A stretch of 64,000 nucleotides of DNA from contig JAVXWP010000059.1 in the NCBI GenBank assembly GCA_032230695.1, positions 36,080 to 100,079 of the forward strand, written 5' to 3'. A program made the translations under genes and the position numbers. The notes beneath the pieces are model-generated. The model was not told where the DNA came from. It was given only the letters and a program-made list of their open reading frames with translations, and did no database searches. This document shows positions 8,667 to 18,547 of this stretch, piece after piece (position 1 is the first letter of the stretch; every line of letters begins with the position of its first letter). Origin of the DNA: Actinomycetota bacterium (GTDB lineage Bacteria; Actinomycetota; Actinomycetes; Mycobacteriales; Pseudonocardiaceae).

Positions 8667-9280
8667 CCTCATTGCGCGCACCGGAAGACACCTTCCGGAT
8701 CCTTTTCGTCTGCACCGCCAATATCTGCAGATCGCCGGTCGCGGAGATTCTGATGCGCCGGATGCTGATGGTGGGCCTGGGCACCGACCGAGCGGCGAGA
8801 TTCGCGGTGGAAAGCGCCGGTACTCATGCCGTCACCGGCGCGGCGATGAGCCTGCGTAGTCGCGCAGCACTCGCACCATGGGGACTCGGCAGCGACGCGG
8901 CGGGATCCGCTGCACGCCAAGTGGACGCCGAAATGGTCCGACAGGCCGACATCGTGCTCACCGCCGACCGGAATCATCGATCCTTCATCGTCGCGCTCGA
9001 GCCGTCAGCACTGCGCACAACGTTCTGCATCCGCGAATGGGACCGCCTGCTCCGTGGAAAAGGTCGCCGGCAGTTGCCACCCGACCCTGTCGCGCGAGCG
9101 CGTTCCATTTCGGCCGGAGCGCATTTGAGCCGGGGGACACTCATATACGCGTCTGCCGCTGACGACAGCATTCCTGATCCGGCCGGACTGCCGATGTCGG
9201 CCCATCGCTCCGCGATGCGGATGATCGCATCGGCCGTCCAACGTACCGTCGACATTCTTACCATTGGAACAACCACTTGA
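8663..9280 (+). CDS. low-molecular-weight protein tyrosine phosphatase (Wzb-like)
   Basis: P-loop FVCTANICRS (CX5R), VESAGT, IPDP general-acid motif. Confidence 0.9.
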   Translation: MTSLRAPEDTFRILFVCTANICRSPVAEILMRRMLMVGLGTDRAARFAVESAGTHAVTGAAMSLRSRAALAPWGLGSDAAGSAARQVDAEMVRQADIVLTADRNHRSFIVALEPSALRTTFCIREWDRLLRGKGRRQLPPDPVARARSISAGAHLSRGTLIYASAADDSIPDPAGLPMSAHRSAMRMIASAVQRTVDILTIGTTT

Positions 9281-9318
9281 ATTTATCGATAGTATCCGAA
9301 CAGCTATTTTTGCCGACA

Positions 9319-9344
9319 CCGGCCGCTCGGCCGGCATTGCTCTT
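9319..9344 (+). terminator. possible weak intrinsic terminator after the phosphatase gene
   Basis: CCGGCC-GCTC-GGCCGG (9319-9334) followed by CATTGCTCTTTC. Confidence 0.35.
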
Positions 9345-9379
9345 TCATAAGGAAACATTCCATTTTTTCCTCAGAACAG

Positions 9380-9431
9380 CCTGAACCGGTGAAAGTTGCG
9401 CCGCCACCCAAGAGCGGTGCTACGGTTCAGG
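9380..9431 (+). promoter_or_regulatory. nested stem-loop in the 338-nt mid-operon gap
   Basis: CCTGAACCG (9380-9388)/CGGTTCAGG (9423-9431) enclose GCGCCGC/GCGGTGC with a GTGAAAGTT bulge. Confidence 0.45.
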
Positions 9432-9618
9432 GACAACAATTAATCTTCCCCGCGGATTCTCCATGGACCCTGCGGTATTCCGGGGCACTTCGAAGACAAT
9501 TGCCGAGCCGAAAGTTCAGTACGTCGACGTCAGGCTTCGGCCGGCTTCCTGGCGGTCCTGCGCTGCCGGATTCGCGGACGTCGCATGTGTAGTAAACGAA
9601 GAATACCGAGGTATCACA

Positions 9619-11478
9619 GTGCACGAATCCGCACGTAGAGCGACGCCTCCACGGATACGCCGGCTGATCACCGCCGCCTTCGACGGCGCGAGCTGGGCTG
9701 CTGCACTGACCGCGTCGAGCTGGCTGCGTTATGAATTCGACTTCACTGAGATCAATTTAGCCGAACTGGGCGGATTGATCTTTGCCGCCGTGGCCGCCGT
9801 TTGGCTGGCCGGCGCAGGAACCCACCTGTACTTCGGACGGTACTCGATGGGAAGCCTCGACGAGGCACTCGGCCTCGCTCGTGTCATGACGCTGACCGGC
9901 GCCACGATCTTCGCCATTGTGCTGCTGGGGGTCACCCCCGCGATTCCCCGCTCAGTACCGTTGATCGCGACGTTGCTCGCGCTGGCCACATCCGCCGCGG
10001 CACGGATCGTCGTTCGTGGATACGGCGAGCGTAGGGCGCGGCCGGATGCCCTCTCCGCGAAACGGGTGATCATCTATGGGGCGGGCGACCGCGGGCAAGC
10101 CCTCGTCCGCTCGGTGCTGTCAGGGAACGCCGGTCACTACGTCCCCGTCGCGCTGCTGGACGACGATCCAGCGCTGCGCCATGCCAGGGTGTCGGGAGTC
10201 GCCGTCCGTGGCACCGGATTGGATCTGGCGGGGCTCGTTCGCCGGATGAGCGCCGAGCTCCTCATCGTCGCGATCTCGAACCCCTCCCCGGCGGTCATGC
10301 GCCTTGTTGTGGCGGCCGCGAAGGAAAACGCGCTTGAGGTGAAGGTCCTTCCGCCGCTCGCCGAACTCCTCCGTCCTTGGGTTCGTTTTTCCGACCTCCG
10401 CGACCTCGATGTCACCGATCTGCTCGGCCGGAAGCCGGTGAATACCGATGTCGCGGCGATCGCGGGCTATGTCACCGGGAGGACGGTCCTCGTGACCGGT
10501 GCCGGTGGGTCGATCGGCACTGAACTGTGCCGTCAACTCCACCGGTTCGGTCCGGCCGAACTGATCATGCTCGACCGGGACGAGTCAGCCCTGCACGCGG
10601 TTCAACTGTCGATCTACAGCAGGGCGGAACTCGATTCCCCCAACGTCGTGCTGGCCGACATCCGTGACATCGAGACGATCCGGGCGCTACTGGCGGATCG
10701 GCGCCCGGACGTGGTATTCCACGCGGCGGCACTCAAACACCTGCCCTTGCTCGAGCGGTATCCCGAAGAAGCCTGGAAGACGAACGTGCTCGGGACGATG
10801 GGACTGCTCGAAGCGGCCATCGCCGCGAATGTCCGGACGTTCGTCAACATCTCCACGGACAAGGCCGCGAATCCCGGCAGTGTGCTCGGGCGTTCGAAGC
10901 GAATCGGCGAACGACTTGTCGCCGACGCCGCGGTGAAGACCAGTGGCACCTACCTGTCGGTGCGGTTCGGGAATGTACTCGGTAGCCGCGGTTCGGTGCT
11001 GACCACCTTCACCGAGCAGTTGGCGGCCGGAATGCCGCTGACCATCACCCATCCCGAGGTGACTCGGTTCTTCATGACCATCCCCGAGGCAGTGCAACTT
11101 GTCATCCAGGCGGCCGCGATCGGCAACTCGGGTGAGGCACTGGTCCTCGACATGGGCCGGCCCGAAAGCATCGTCGAGCTCGCCGAGACGCTGATGACGA
11201 TCTCCGGGCAGCGCTCCGAAGTCGTCTTCACCGGATTGTGCAAGGGAGAAAAGCTCCACGAGGTGCTGTTCGGAACCGGCGAAGAAGATCATCGCCCCAA
11301 GCATCCCGCCATCTCACATGTAACCGTGCCGCGACTGAAGGCGGCCGAGGTCCGCGCCCGCGCCGACGAGTTCGGCTGCGCCCAGGCGCTGGTGGATCTC
11401 ACCGACGAGCACAAGGCGTATGCGATCGCGGGCGTCCACCTGACCGCCAACGGTGCGAAAGCGGGAGAAATTCGATGA
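9619..11478 (+). CDS. capD: membrane-bound UDP-GlcNAc 4,6-dehydratase (CapD/PglF/WbpM family)
   Basis: Start taken at GTG 9619 after GAGG; four N-terminal TMs, IIYGAGDRG, VLVTGAGGSIGTELC, FHAAALKH, NISTDKA, VRFGNVLGSRGSV, RFFMTIPEA. Confidence 0.93.
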   Translation: MHESARRATPPRIRRLITAAFDGASWAAALTASSWLRYEFDFTEINLAELGGLIFAAVAAVWLAGAGTHLYFGRYSMGSLDEALGLARVMTLTGATIFAIVLLGVTPAIPRSVPLIATLLALATSAAARIVVRGYGERRARPDALSAKRVIIYGAGDRGQALVRSVLSGNAGHYVPVALLDDDPALRHARVSGVAVRGTGLDLAGLVRRMSAELLIVAISNPSPAVMRLVVAAAKENALEVKVLPPLAELLRPWVRFSDLRDLDVTDLLGRKPVNTDVAAIAGYVTGRTVLVTGAGGSIGTELCRQLHRFGPAELIMLDRDESALHAVQLSIYSRAELDSPNVVLADIRDIETIRALLADRRPDVVFHAAALKHLPLLERYPEEAWKTNVLGTMGLLEAAIAANVRTFVNISTDKAANPGSVLGRSKRIGERLVADAAVKTSGTYLSVRFGNVLGSRGSVLTTFTEQLAAGMPLTITHPEVTRFFMTIPEAVQLVIQAAAIGNSGEALVLDMGRPESIVELAETLMTISGQRSEVVFTGLCKGEKLHEVLFGTGEEDHRPKHPAISHVTVPRLKAAEVRARADEFGCAQALVDLTDEHKAYAIAGVHLTANGAKAGEIR

Positions 11479-12422
11479 AAGTGGTTGTCACCGGGGGTGC
11501 GGGTTTCATCGGCGCGAACCTGTGCCGGGAGCTCAAGAAACACCCTGGCCACGAGGTGGTTGTCCTCGATGATTTGAGCACGGGCCACCGCTCGAACATC
11601 GAGGGACTCGACGTCGAGCTCCGAGTGGGCACGGTGCTCGACGAAGCTGACGTCGCCGCCGCTTGCCGAGGTGCCCATTCCATCGTGCATCTGGCGGCGG
11701 TGCCGTCGGTGCCGCGATCGCTCGCCGAACCGCGCCGCAGCCACGACGTCAATGTCACTGGCACGCTGGTGGTCCTCGATGCGGCGCGATCGACCGGAAC
11801 GCATGTGGTGATCGCCTCGTCCAGCTCCGTGTACGGCCGCAACGAGGCACTGCCCAAAGCAGAGAACATGATCTGCCGGCCGGCAAGTCCCTATGCAGCC
11901 GGCAAACTGGCCGCGGAGTCGTACGCCATGGCCTACCGGACATCGTTCGGCCAAGCATCCGTCGCGTTCCGTTTCTTCAATGTGTTCGGGCCGTTGCAGG
12001 ATGGCGGCCATGCCTACGCCGCCGTGGTCCCCGCGTTCATTCTCGCGGCCTTGCAAGGAAAACCGCTGATGATCTATGGCGACGGTGAGCAGAGCCGCGA
12101 CTTCACCTTCGTGGACTCGGTCGTCGAGGTGCTGGCCAAGGCCACGGCCAGGCGGGTGGCGAGTGACAACCCGGTGAACTTGGCGTTCGGTACCCGAGTC
12201 TCACTCAACGAGCTCGTCGTTTCGCTCTCGGAGGTACTGGGACGCCGCCTCGACGTCGAATACCGCCCGCCTCGCACCGGCGATGTCCGGCACTCGCAGG
12301 CGTCTTTCGGCTCCTTGCGCGGTCTGTTCCCAGAGATCACTCCCGTGCCGTTGCGCTCGGGCTTGCACCGAACCGTTGAATGGATGATCAGGAAGGCCGA
12401 GTCGACCGGGGTGCTCGCGTGA
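11475..12422 (+). CDS. NAD-dependent UDP-hexose(NAc) 4-epimerase (WbpP/GalE-like SDR)
   Basis: TGGAGFIG, SSSSVYG, YAAGK, FRFFNVFGP, QSRDFT; ATGA overlap with capD. Confidence 0.92.
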   Translation: MKVVVTGGAGFIGANLCRELKKHPGHEVVVLDDLSTGHRSNIEGLDVELRVGTVLDEADVAAACRGAHSIVHLAAVPSVPRSLAEPRRSHDVNVTGTLVVLDAARSTGTHVVIASSSSVYGRNEALPKAENMICRPASPYAAGKLAAESYAMAYRTSFGQASVAFRFFNVFGPLQDGGHAYAAVVPAFILAALQGKPLMIYGDGEQSRDFTFVDSVVEVLAKATARRVASDNPVNLAFGTRVSLNELVVSLSEVLGRRLDVEYRPPRTGDVRHSQASFGSLRGLFPEITPVPLRSGLHRTVEWMIRKAESTGVLA

Positions 12423-13690
12423 CGGCGCCGCGCCAGGGCCCGCTTGTCATAGTCGGGCAGGGTTACGTCGGCTTGCCGATCGCGATGAGGGCGGTCGAAG
12501 CCGGCTTTTCCGTCGTCGGTCTCGACGTGGACAGCGTGCGCGTCTGGTCGTTGAAGGACGGGAAATCGTATGTCGACGACGTTTCGGACAGCGCTCTGAG
12601 GCAAGCGCTCTCGAGTGGACGCTACCTGCCTTCCTCCTCCTACGACGACGCGGCGGGATTCTCCGGAGCGATAATCACGGTGCCGACACCGTTGAAGGAT
12701 TCCGCCCCGGATCTGAGTTTCATCGAGTCCGCGACCGAAGGCATCGCGGTGCATCTACGGCGCGGAGCCACTGTCGTACTGGAGTCGACCACCTACCCCG
12801 GGACGACCGAACAGCTCGTGGTTCCGGCGCTGGAGGCGGGCAGCGGGCTGCGTGCGGGCATCGACTTCTCCGTCGGATACAGTCCCGAACGCCTCGACCC
12901 CGGCAATGACCGGTGGAACTTCGTGAATACCCCGAAAATCATCTCGGGAGTCAACAAATCGTCACTACTTGCGGTCCAGGCTCTCTACAACCAACTGGTC
13001 GACACCACCATCGCGGTTTCCGGTCCCAAGGAGGCCGAGCTCACGAAACTCCTCGAGAACACCTTCCGGCACGTGAATATCGCGCTCATCAACGAGATCG
13101 CGGTCTTCGCGCACGAACTCGAGGTGGACATCTGGGAGGCCATCGACGCCGCTTCCACCAAACCCTTCGGATACCTGCGGTTCACCCCTGGCCCCGGCGT
13201 CGGCGGCCATTGCCTGCCGGTCGATCCCACCTATCTCTCGTGGCAGGTTCGCCACGACCTCAACCGGAGCTTCCGTTTCGTGGCACTGGCCAACGACATC
13301 AACGATCACATGCCCGAATATGTCGTACAGCGCCTCACCACTCTGCTCAACCGGCAGCGGAAACCTTTGCAGGACAGCGTGATCATCCTGCTGGGTCTGT
13401 CCTACAAGCCGAACACGAGCGATATTCGAGAGTCTCCCGTTCTTCGCGTGATCGAGCTGCTCAACGAGCTCGGCGTGATCGTCGGGGTGGTGGACTCCCA
13501 CGTCGAACAGCATCGATGCCCGCCGGGTATCAAACTCATCGACTTGGCCGAACACAGCCTGAGCCAAGCCGACGCGGTGGTGCTGCTCACCGACCACGAC
13601 GATGTCGACTACGAACTGGTGGAGCGGGCGTCCCGCTGTGTCCTCGATACCCGCCACCGGCTGTCCGGCCCGAGAGTGGAGTTTCTGTGA
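12419..13690 (+). CDS. nucleotide sugar dehydrogenase (UDP-HexNAc 6-dehydrogenase, WbpO/WbpA/TviB family)
   Basis: GQGYVG, LESTTYPGTT, YSPER, KLLENTFRHVNIA, GPGVGGHC, GLSYKPNTSDIRESP; GTGA overlap. Confidence 0.93.
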   Translation: MTAPRQGPLVIVGQGYVGLPIAMRAVEAGFSVVGLDVDSVRVWSLKDGKSYVDDVSDSALRQALSSGRYLPSSSYDDAAGFSGAIITVPTPLKDSAPDLSFIESATEGIAVHLRRGATVVLESTTYPGTTEQLVVPALEAGSGLRAGIDFSVGYSPERLDPGNDRWNFVNTPKIISGVNKSSLLAVQALYNQLVDTTIAVSGPKEAELTKLLENTFRHVNIALINEIAVFAHELEVDIWEAIDAASTKPFGYLRFTPGPGVGGHCLPVDPTYLSWQVRHDLNRSFRFVALANDINDHMPEYVVQRLTTLLNRQRKPLQDSVIILLGLSYKPNTSDIRESPVLRVIELLNELGVIVGVVDSHVEQHRCPPGIKLIDLAEHSLSQADAVVLLTDHDDVDYELVERASRCVLDTRHRLSGPRVEFL

Positions 13691-16098
13691 CAAGGAATCG
13701 AGCCGGCCGGTTGGCGGGCGAAGAGCGGTCGCCCTCCCACCGCCCGCTGCGGATCGTGCTGGTAATGAAAACAAGCCGTGGCGGGCAGTTCACGCTTCCC
13801 CATATCGACGAACTCCGTTCGCGGGGGCATGAGGTGATCGCGGTGCTGCCACGGGGGGAGGGGAACTTCCGCACCGCGCTGACCGAGCGCGGCGTCACGA
13901 TCGTCGACAGCCCGTTCGAATTCAGGTTCCGGCCGACGTACTCGGCTGTCACCGGGCTTTTCGGGCTGCGCCGCGAACTCCGGGCGCTACGACCGGATGT
14001 CCTGCACTATCACCTCTACGCCTCGGCACTCGCCACCCGGCTGGCGAGCCTCGGACTCGGGATTCCCCGCGTGCACATGGTCGCCGGACCGCTGTACCTC
14101 GACTCACCGCTGATCCGGGCGGCCGAACGCGTGCTCGTCCGCCTTGACACGGTCACGATCTGCGGAAGCGAGTTCACCGCGCGGCGGTATCGCGAACTGG
14201 GCCGGACGGTGGCACAGTCGCCTGTCATCCCCTACGGCGCCGACACCGAGTACTTCCGTCCGCTCGATTCCGATGTCCGAACCCGCGTCCGTGCCGAAGT
14301 CGGCATCGAGCCCGGTGATTTCGTGGCCATCATGGTCGCACTGGTCTACAGCCCGAAACGGCTCGTTCACGCCGGACGCGACATCAAGGGCCACGACGTG
14401 CTGCTGGAGGCGTGGCGCGGCTTCCGGGCAGAACACCCAGCCAGTCACTTGATACTGGTGGGCGGCGGTTTCACCGACGCGGGTGAACACCAACGGCGCG
14501 AGATGATGGCCCGGTACCGCACCGGTTCTCCCGCTCATGGCGTGACCTGGCTGGACACGGTCGCGGACGTCAGGCCGTACTACGCCGCCGCGGACATCAG
14601 CGTCTCCCCCTCTCTGTCGGAGAACCATGGCGCGGCGCGCGAGGCCTGCGCGATGGGGGTGCCGAGCATCGTCAGCGATGCCGGCGGACTCCCTGAGACT
14701 GTCGAACCGCAATCAGGCTGGGTGGTCCCCCGCGGCGATTACGAAGAACTCGCCACCGCACTGCGCCACGCTCATGCCGAGCACCTTCGCGGGGAACTGC
14801 CCCACCGTGGCGCGCGAGCCCGGGCGCTCGCGCTCGAGCGCTTCGAAGACGCCCGGGTGACCTCGGAGGTGGCGGACGTGATCGAACGAGCGGCTATACC
14901 GGCCGTCGGCCGGATCCGGCGCGGACCGACCGTGTTCAGCGTCTTCACGGAGGCGAGATTGACCATCCAGGAAAGCGGCGGCTGGGCTCCGCTCGACCCC
15001 GCCACCCGCGGCCAGCAGTGGGATCGGTACACCCACGACGGCAGTCAGGTGCGCGTCGCCGCCAGGGCGCGACGCCGGCCCAGTGCCGAATCGGTCGCCA
15101 TGCCCGAGGGCCTCACAGTGGTGCCGCTCCCCTACTACGTCGGAGTCGCCGGCCTGGCCCGAACGCTCCTGCCGCTCGCCCGATCGGTGTGGCGAGCGGT
15201 CGCCGACGCGGAGACCATCCTGCTCCGAGTCCCGGGGGTGATGGGTTCGATCGCCGCTCTCGCGTGCCGGATCCTGAGGCGTGACTACGCGGTGGAAGTA
15301 GTCGGCGATCCGGGTGACGTGCTGCGAGCCGGCGTGCTCGGCGGGACCGGTCGCCGGCTGGCACCACTCGCCGAGGCCCACATGAGATGGCTCGTCCGCC
15401 ACTCCGCCGCCTCGCTCTTCGTCACCCGCGAGACCCTTCAGAACCGGTACCCCGGTCGCCGGGGAACCCCGACGACCGCGATGTCGAATGTCTCGCTAAG
15501 CCCCGGAATGATCGTGCCACGCGCCAGGACCTGGACACCCGGCCCGATCCGGATAGTGGCGATCGGCAGCCAGGAGAATCATTACAAGGGCCACGATGTG
15601 CTCCTGAAAGCACTGCGCGAACTGATCAGCAAGGGTATGGACGTCACAGTCACCCTTGTCGGCGGAGGGCGCGCGCACACCGAACTCGTCGAACTATCGC
15701 GGTCGCTCGGCATGACCGCGCATGTGTGTTTCACCGGCGCGGTGAACGATCGGGCGCACATCAACGAAATACTCGACTCCGCAACGGTTTTCGCCATGCC
15801 GTCGCTCACCGAAGGCATGCCCCGGGCCCTCATCGAGGCGATGGCCCGTGCACTCCCCGCCGTCGGCTCGCGCATCGGCGGCATCCCCGAACTGCTCGAA
15901 ACATCCTGCCTGGTGCCGGTTGGGGATCATCACGCGCTCGCGAGCGCATTGGGCGATCTGGTGTCGGACCCAGGCGCCTGGGAAGAGCAGTCCAGGAACA
16001 ACCTCAAGATCGCCCAAACCTATGAGAAGGCACTTCTCGACGATCGGTTCTCGACCTGGCTCGCCCGCGTGCCCCCGGCCCGGCGGCGGCCGGAATGA
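13687..16098 (+). CDS. fused double GT4 glycosyltransferase (~803 aa)
   Basis: Start taken at GTG 13687 (GTGA overlap); the ORF-track extension to 12913 overlaps the dehydrogenase. Two complete GT-B units: SPSLSENHGAAREA...SDAGGLPE and PSLTEGMPRALIEA...GGIPE. Confidence 0.87.
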   Translation: MTRNRAGRLAGEERSPSHRPLRIVLVMKTSRGGQFTLPHIDELRSRGHEVIAVLPRGEGNFRTALTERGVTIVDSPFEFRFRPTYSAVTGLFGLRRELRALRPDVLHYHLYASALATRLASLGLGIPRVHMVAGPLYLDSPLIRAAERVLVRLDTVTICGSEFTARRYRELGRTVAQSPVIPYGADTEYFRPLDSDVRTRVRAEVGIEPGDFVAIMVALVYSPKRLVHAGRDIKGHDVLLEAWRGFRAEHPASHLILVGGGFTDAGEHQRREMMARYRTGSPAHGVTWLDTVADVRPYYAAADISVSPSLSENHGAAREACAMGVPSIVSDAGGLPETVEPQSGWVVPRGDYEELATALRHAHAEHLRGELPHRGARARALALERFEDARVTSEVADVIERAAIPAVGRIRRGPTVFSVFTEARLTIQESGGWAPLDPATRGQQWDRYTHDGSQVRVAARARRRPSAESVAMPEGLTVVPLPYYVGVAGLARTLLPLARSVWRAVADAETILLRVPGVMGSIAALACRILRRDYAVEVVGDPGDVLRAGVLGGTGRRLAPLAEAHMRWLVRHSAASLFVTRETLQNRYPGRRGTPTTAMSNVSLSPGMIVPRARTWTPGPIRIVAIGSQENHYKGHDVLLKALRELISKGMDVTVTLVGGGRAHTELVELSRSLGMTAHVCFTGAVNDRAHINEILDSATVFAMPSLTEGMPRALIEAMARALPAVGSRIGGIPELLETSCLVPVGDHHALASALGDLVSDPGAWEEQSRNNLKIAQTYEKALLDDRFSTWLARVPPARRRPE

Positions 16099-17198
16099 CG
16101 GTGGAACCAGAGGTTCAGACCGTAGTCAACGTGCTGGGCACGCTCGACCGCGGCGGTGTGGAGACCGTCGCCCTCGATTTGTGCCGCGCGATCCCAGCCA
16201 CCGACACTCGCCAGATCTTTCTGACGATGGGTGATCGCGAGGGACGGCTGGCGTCTCAGTTCCGCGCGGTGGGAGCACTCGTGCGCCGCTGCCCGGTCAA
16301 GCCGAAGATTCTCTTTCCGTTCCGGCTGTGGTGGTGTCTGCGGCAGATCCGGCCCCAGGTAGTGGTGTCCCATGTCAGTGTCGTCAGCGGACTGGTGCTG
16401 GCGGCGGCGGCCGCCGCAGGGGTCCCGGTGCGCATCGCCCGGATGAGCAGCGAGGGTGACGGCCGCCGCGACACCTTCCCTCGGCGGCTGCAACGAGCCC
16501 TGCTGCGTGCGATGTTGCGGCGCTCGGCCACCGATGTCCTCGGTGTCACCGCCGGCTCTCTCGCCTTCGCGGCCCCGCGTGCGGGCGACCCGCGCTACCG
16601 GGTTCTGCCCAACGGTGTCGACGTCGAGCGGTTCGCCCGCATCCCCGGGACCAGGAACGGACGTCAGCTGCCGCCGTCGCTCCTCTACATCGGCCGCGCG
16701 GCACCGGAAAAGAACCGCGGTTTCCTGCTGCGAGTTCACACGGAGGCGAAAGCCCTGTGCGTGGGAACGACCCTCACCATCGCCGGCCCAGGTGGGATCG
16801 CAGACCTGGAGGCCGTCGATCCGGCGGTCTCGGCAAATTCGTCGGTGCGACTTGCCGGTGAGACCGACCAGGTCGAAGCGATCCTCGCCGACGGCGACGT
16901 GCTGCTGCTGCCGTCCCTCTGGGAAGGTCTGCCAGGCGTGGTCCTTGAGGCCCTGGCCGCGGGGATCCCGGTGCTCGCCACGGATCTCCCCGGTCTGCGG
17001 GATCTGGCCGAGGAGGTCGACGGCCTCACCTTGCTGCCACTCAGCGCGGGGCCGTTGGTGTGGGCTCGCCGGGCGCTGACCCTGTCAGGTCTGGCCGCGG
17101 GCGAGCGCGATCGGATCAGCGAGAGTGTGTGCGGTTCGCGGTTCACCCTGAACAGCTCGGTGGCGGCCTGGTCGGAACTGTGGACCGCTTCCCGATGA
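16095..17198 (+). CDS. GT4 glycosyltransferase
   Basis: RGGVET, IGRAAPEKNR, PSLWEGLPGVVLEA (EX7E). Confidence 0.92.
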   Translation: MTVEPEVQTVVNVLGTLDRGGVETVALDLCRAIPATDTRQIFLTMGDREGRLASQFRAVGALVRRCPVKPKILFPFRLWWCLRQIRPQVVVSHVSVVSGLVLAAAAAAGVPVRIARMSSEGDGRRDTFPRRLQRALLRAMLRRSATDVLGVTAGSLAFAAPRAGDPRYRVLPNGVDVERFARIPGTRNGRQLPPSLLYIGRAAPEKNRGFLLRVHTEAKALCVGTTLTIAGPGGIADLEAVDPAVSANSSVRLAGETDQVEAILADGDVLLLPSLWEGLPGVVLEALAAGIPVLATDLPGLRDLAEEVDGLTLLPLSAGPLVWARRALTLSGLAAGERDRISESVCGSRFTLNSSVAAWSELWTASR

Positions 17199-18547
17199 AC
17201 CGACGCACGGCTGTGTCCACGGCCATCGTACTCGTGGCCGTGATCACCGCCACGGTGCCGATGACGAGCGCGGGTATACCGGAACTGGCCGCGGCATTCT
17301 TTGCCGCCTGGACGCTGTGCCTGGCGCTGCTGGTGACCGGCGCGGGCGGGATCTACCGGCCCAGCGCGGCCTATCTCATCCTTTTTGGCTTCTTTCACGG
17401 GGGTCTGCTGCTCAGCATCGGCTTGCGCGGTCCCGACGGGTTCACCGCATACGACATCTCGTGGATTTACGACGGATATACCCCCGAGGCCGTCCGCTTC
17501 GCCATCCTGGGCATGGCCGCGTTCACGATCGTCGCCGACAGGGCGTGCGGGGGCGGAGGCACCGAACCCGGAGCCGTGCCCCCGCCGAGGGTGGCCGAAC
17601 ACTCCAGGCTGGTGATCGTGAGCATGAGTTGCCTGCTCGCCGGCATGGGGATCTTCGTGGTAGCGGTGGCCGACGCGGGCGGACTCCGGCTGTTGTCCGG
17701 GGGGTACCTCAGTTTCGTACAAGCGAGCGAATCCACCGGGACGCTGGGGTACGGCACCTTGCTCATCGGTCTCGGCGCGGTGTTCGGTGTCGCGGCGGGC
17801 GGCCTGGCGAGGATGGTGGCGTGGAGCACCTTCGCGGTCTACGCGACGGTCGCGTTCCTTATCGGCTCGCGTGGAGCGGTGCTCTTCCCGCTGCTGACGC
17901 TCTTGGTGGTCGAAGTACGCCAGCGACACCGGATCAGGCCTTTGTGGACAGTGGCGGGCACGCTGGGGGTGCTCACCCTGATCGGGCTCGTCCGCCAGAC
18001 ACGCTTGACCGGATTCAGCCAGCCTTGGGGCTCGCTGCTCGCTTCTCCCTTGGACGCATTGGCGGAAATGGGCTACTCGCTACGACCGACAGCGGTCGTC
18101 GTCGGCTGGCATTCGGCGGCTGAGCCGTTCCGTGACGGAACGACCCTCGTCGCCGTGCCGCTCCGGTTCATCGAGAAGATCACCGGCTGGCACGGCGGCC
18201 CGCCAGACTACGACGACCGGCTCTTCAACTCCGAAATCGCCGAACGGGTCGGTCCCATCGGGGGCTCACCGATCGCCGAGGGCTACCACAACTTCGGTAT
18301 CGCGGGAGTCGTCCTGCTGATGGCCGCCATCGGGCTGGTGGTGGGCCGCGTCGACCGGATCCCCTGGACTCCGTGCGGTAACGCGTTGGCCGGCGCCATC
18401 CTGCTGCCCCTGTTCGTGCAAGTACGCAACAGTTTCGCGCCGGTCCCGGTACAGCTCGCGCTGGGGCTGCTTCTGCTTTGGCTCGTCCGCGTCGAATCGC
18501 CCCGCGATACACCGCACCCGGCGAGACTCGGGGTGGGCGGCGCATGA
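17195..18547 (+). CDS. wzy: Wzy-type polysaccharide polymerase
   Basis: About 10-11 hydrophobic segments, GSRG and RQ motifs, large extracytoplasmic loop before PIAEGYHNFG; lies between a GT gene and the flippase. Confidence 0.8.
   Translation: MNRRTAVSTAIVLVAVITATVPMTSAGIPELAAAFFAAWTLCLALLVTGAGGIYRPSAAYLILFGFFHGGLLLSIGLRGPDGFTAYDISWIYDGYTPEAVRFAILGMAAFTIVADRACGGGGTEPGAVPPPRVAEHSRLVIVSMSCLLAGMGIFVVAVADAGGLRLLSGGYLSFVQASESTGTLGYGTLLIGLGAVFGVAAGGLARMVAWSTFAVYATVAFLIGSRGAVLFPLLTLLVVEVRQRHRIRPLWTVAGTLGVLTLIGLVRQTRLTGFSQPWGSLLASPLDALAEMGYSLRPTAVVVGWHSAAEPFRDGTTLVAVPLRFIEKITGWHGGPPDYDDRLFNSEIAERVGPIGGSPIAEGYHNFGIAGVVLLMAAIGLVVGRVDRIPWTPCGNALAGAILLPLFVQVRNSFAPVPVQLALGLLLLWLVRVESPRDTPHPARLGVGGA

Noticed and set aside
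12913-13686. N-terminal extension making the GT ORF 1061 aa
   Set aside because: It overlaps the nucleotide-sugar dehydrogenase in another frame, the translation is low-complexity, and GTG 13687 fits the operon's GTGA coupling.
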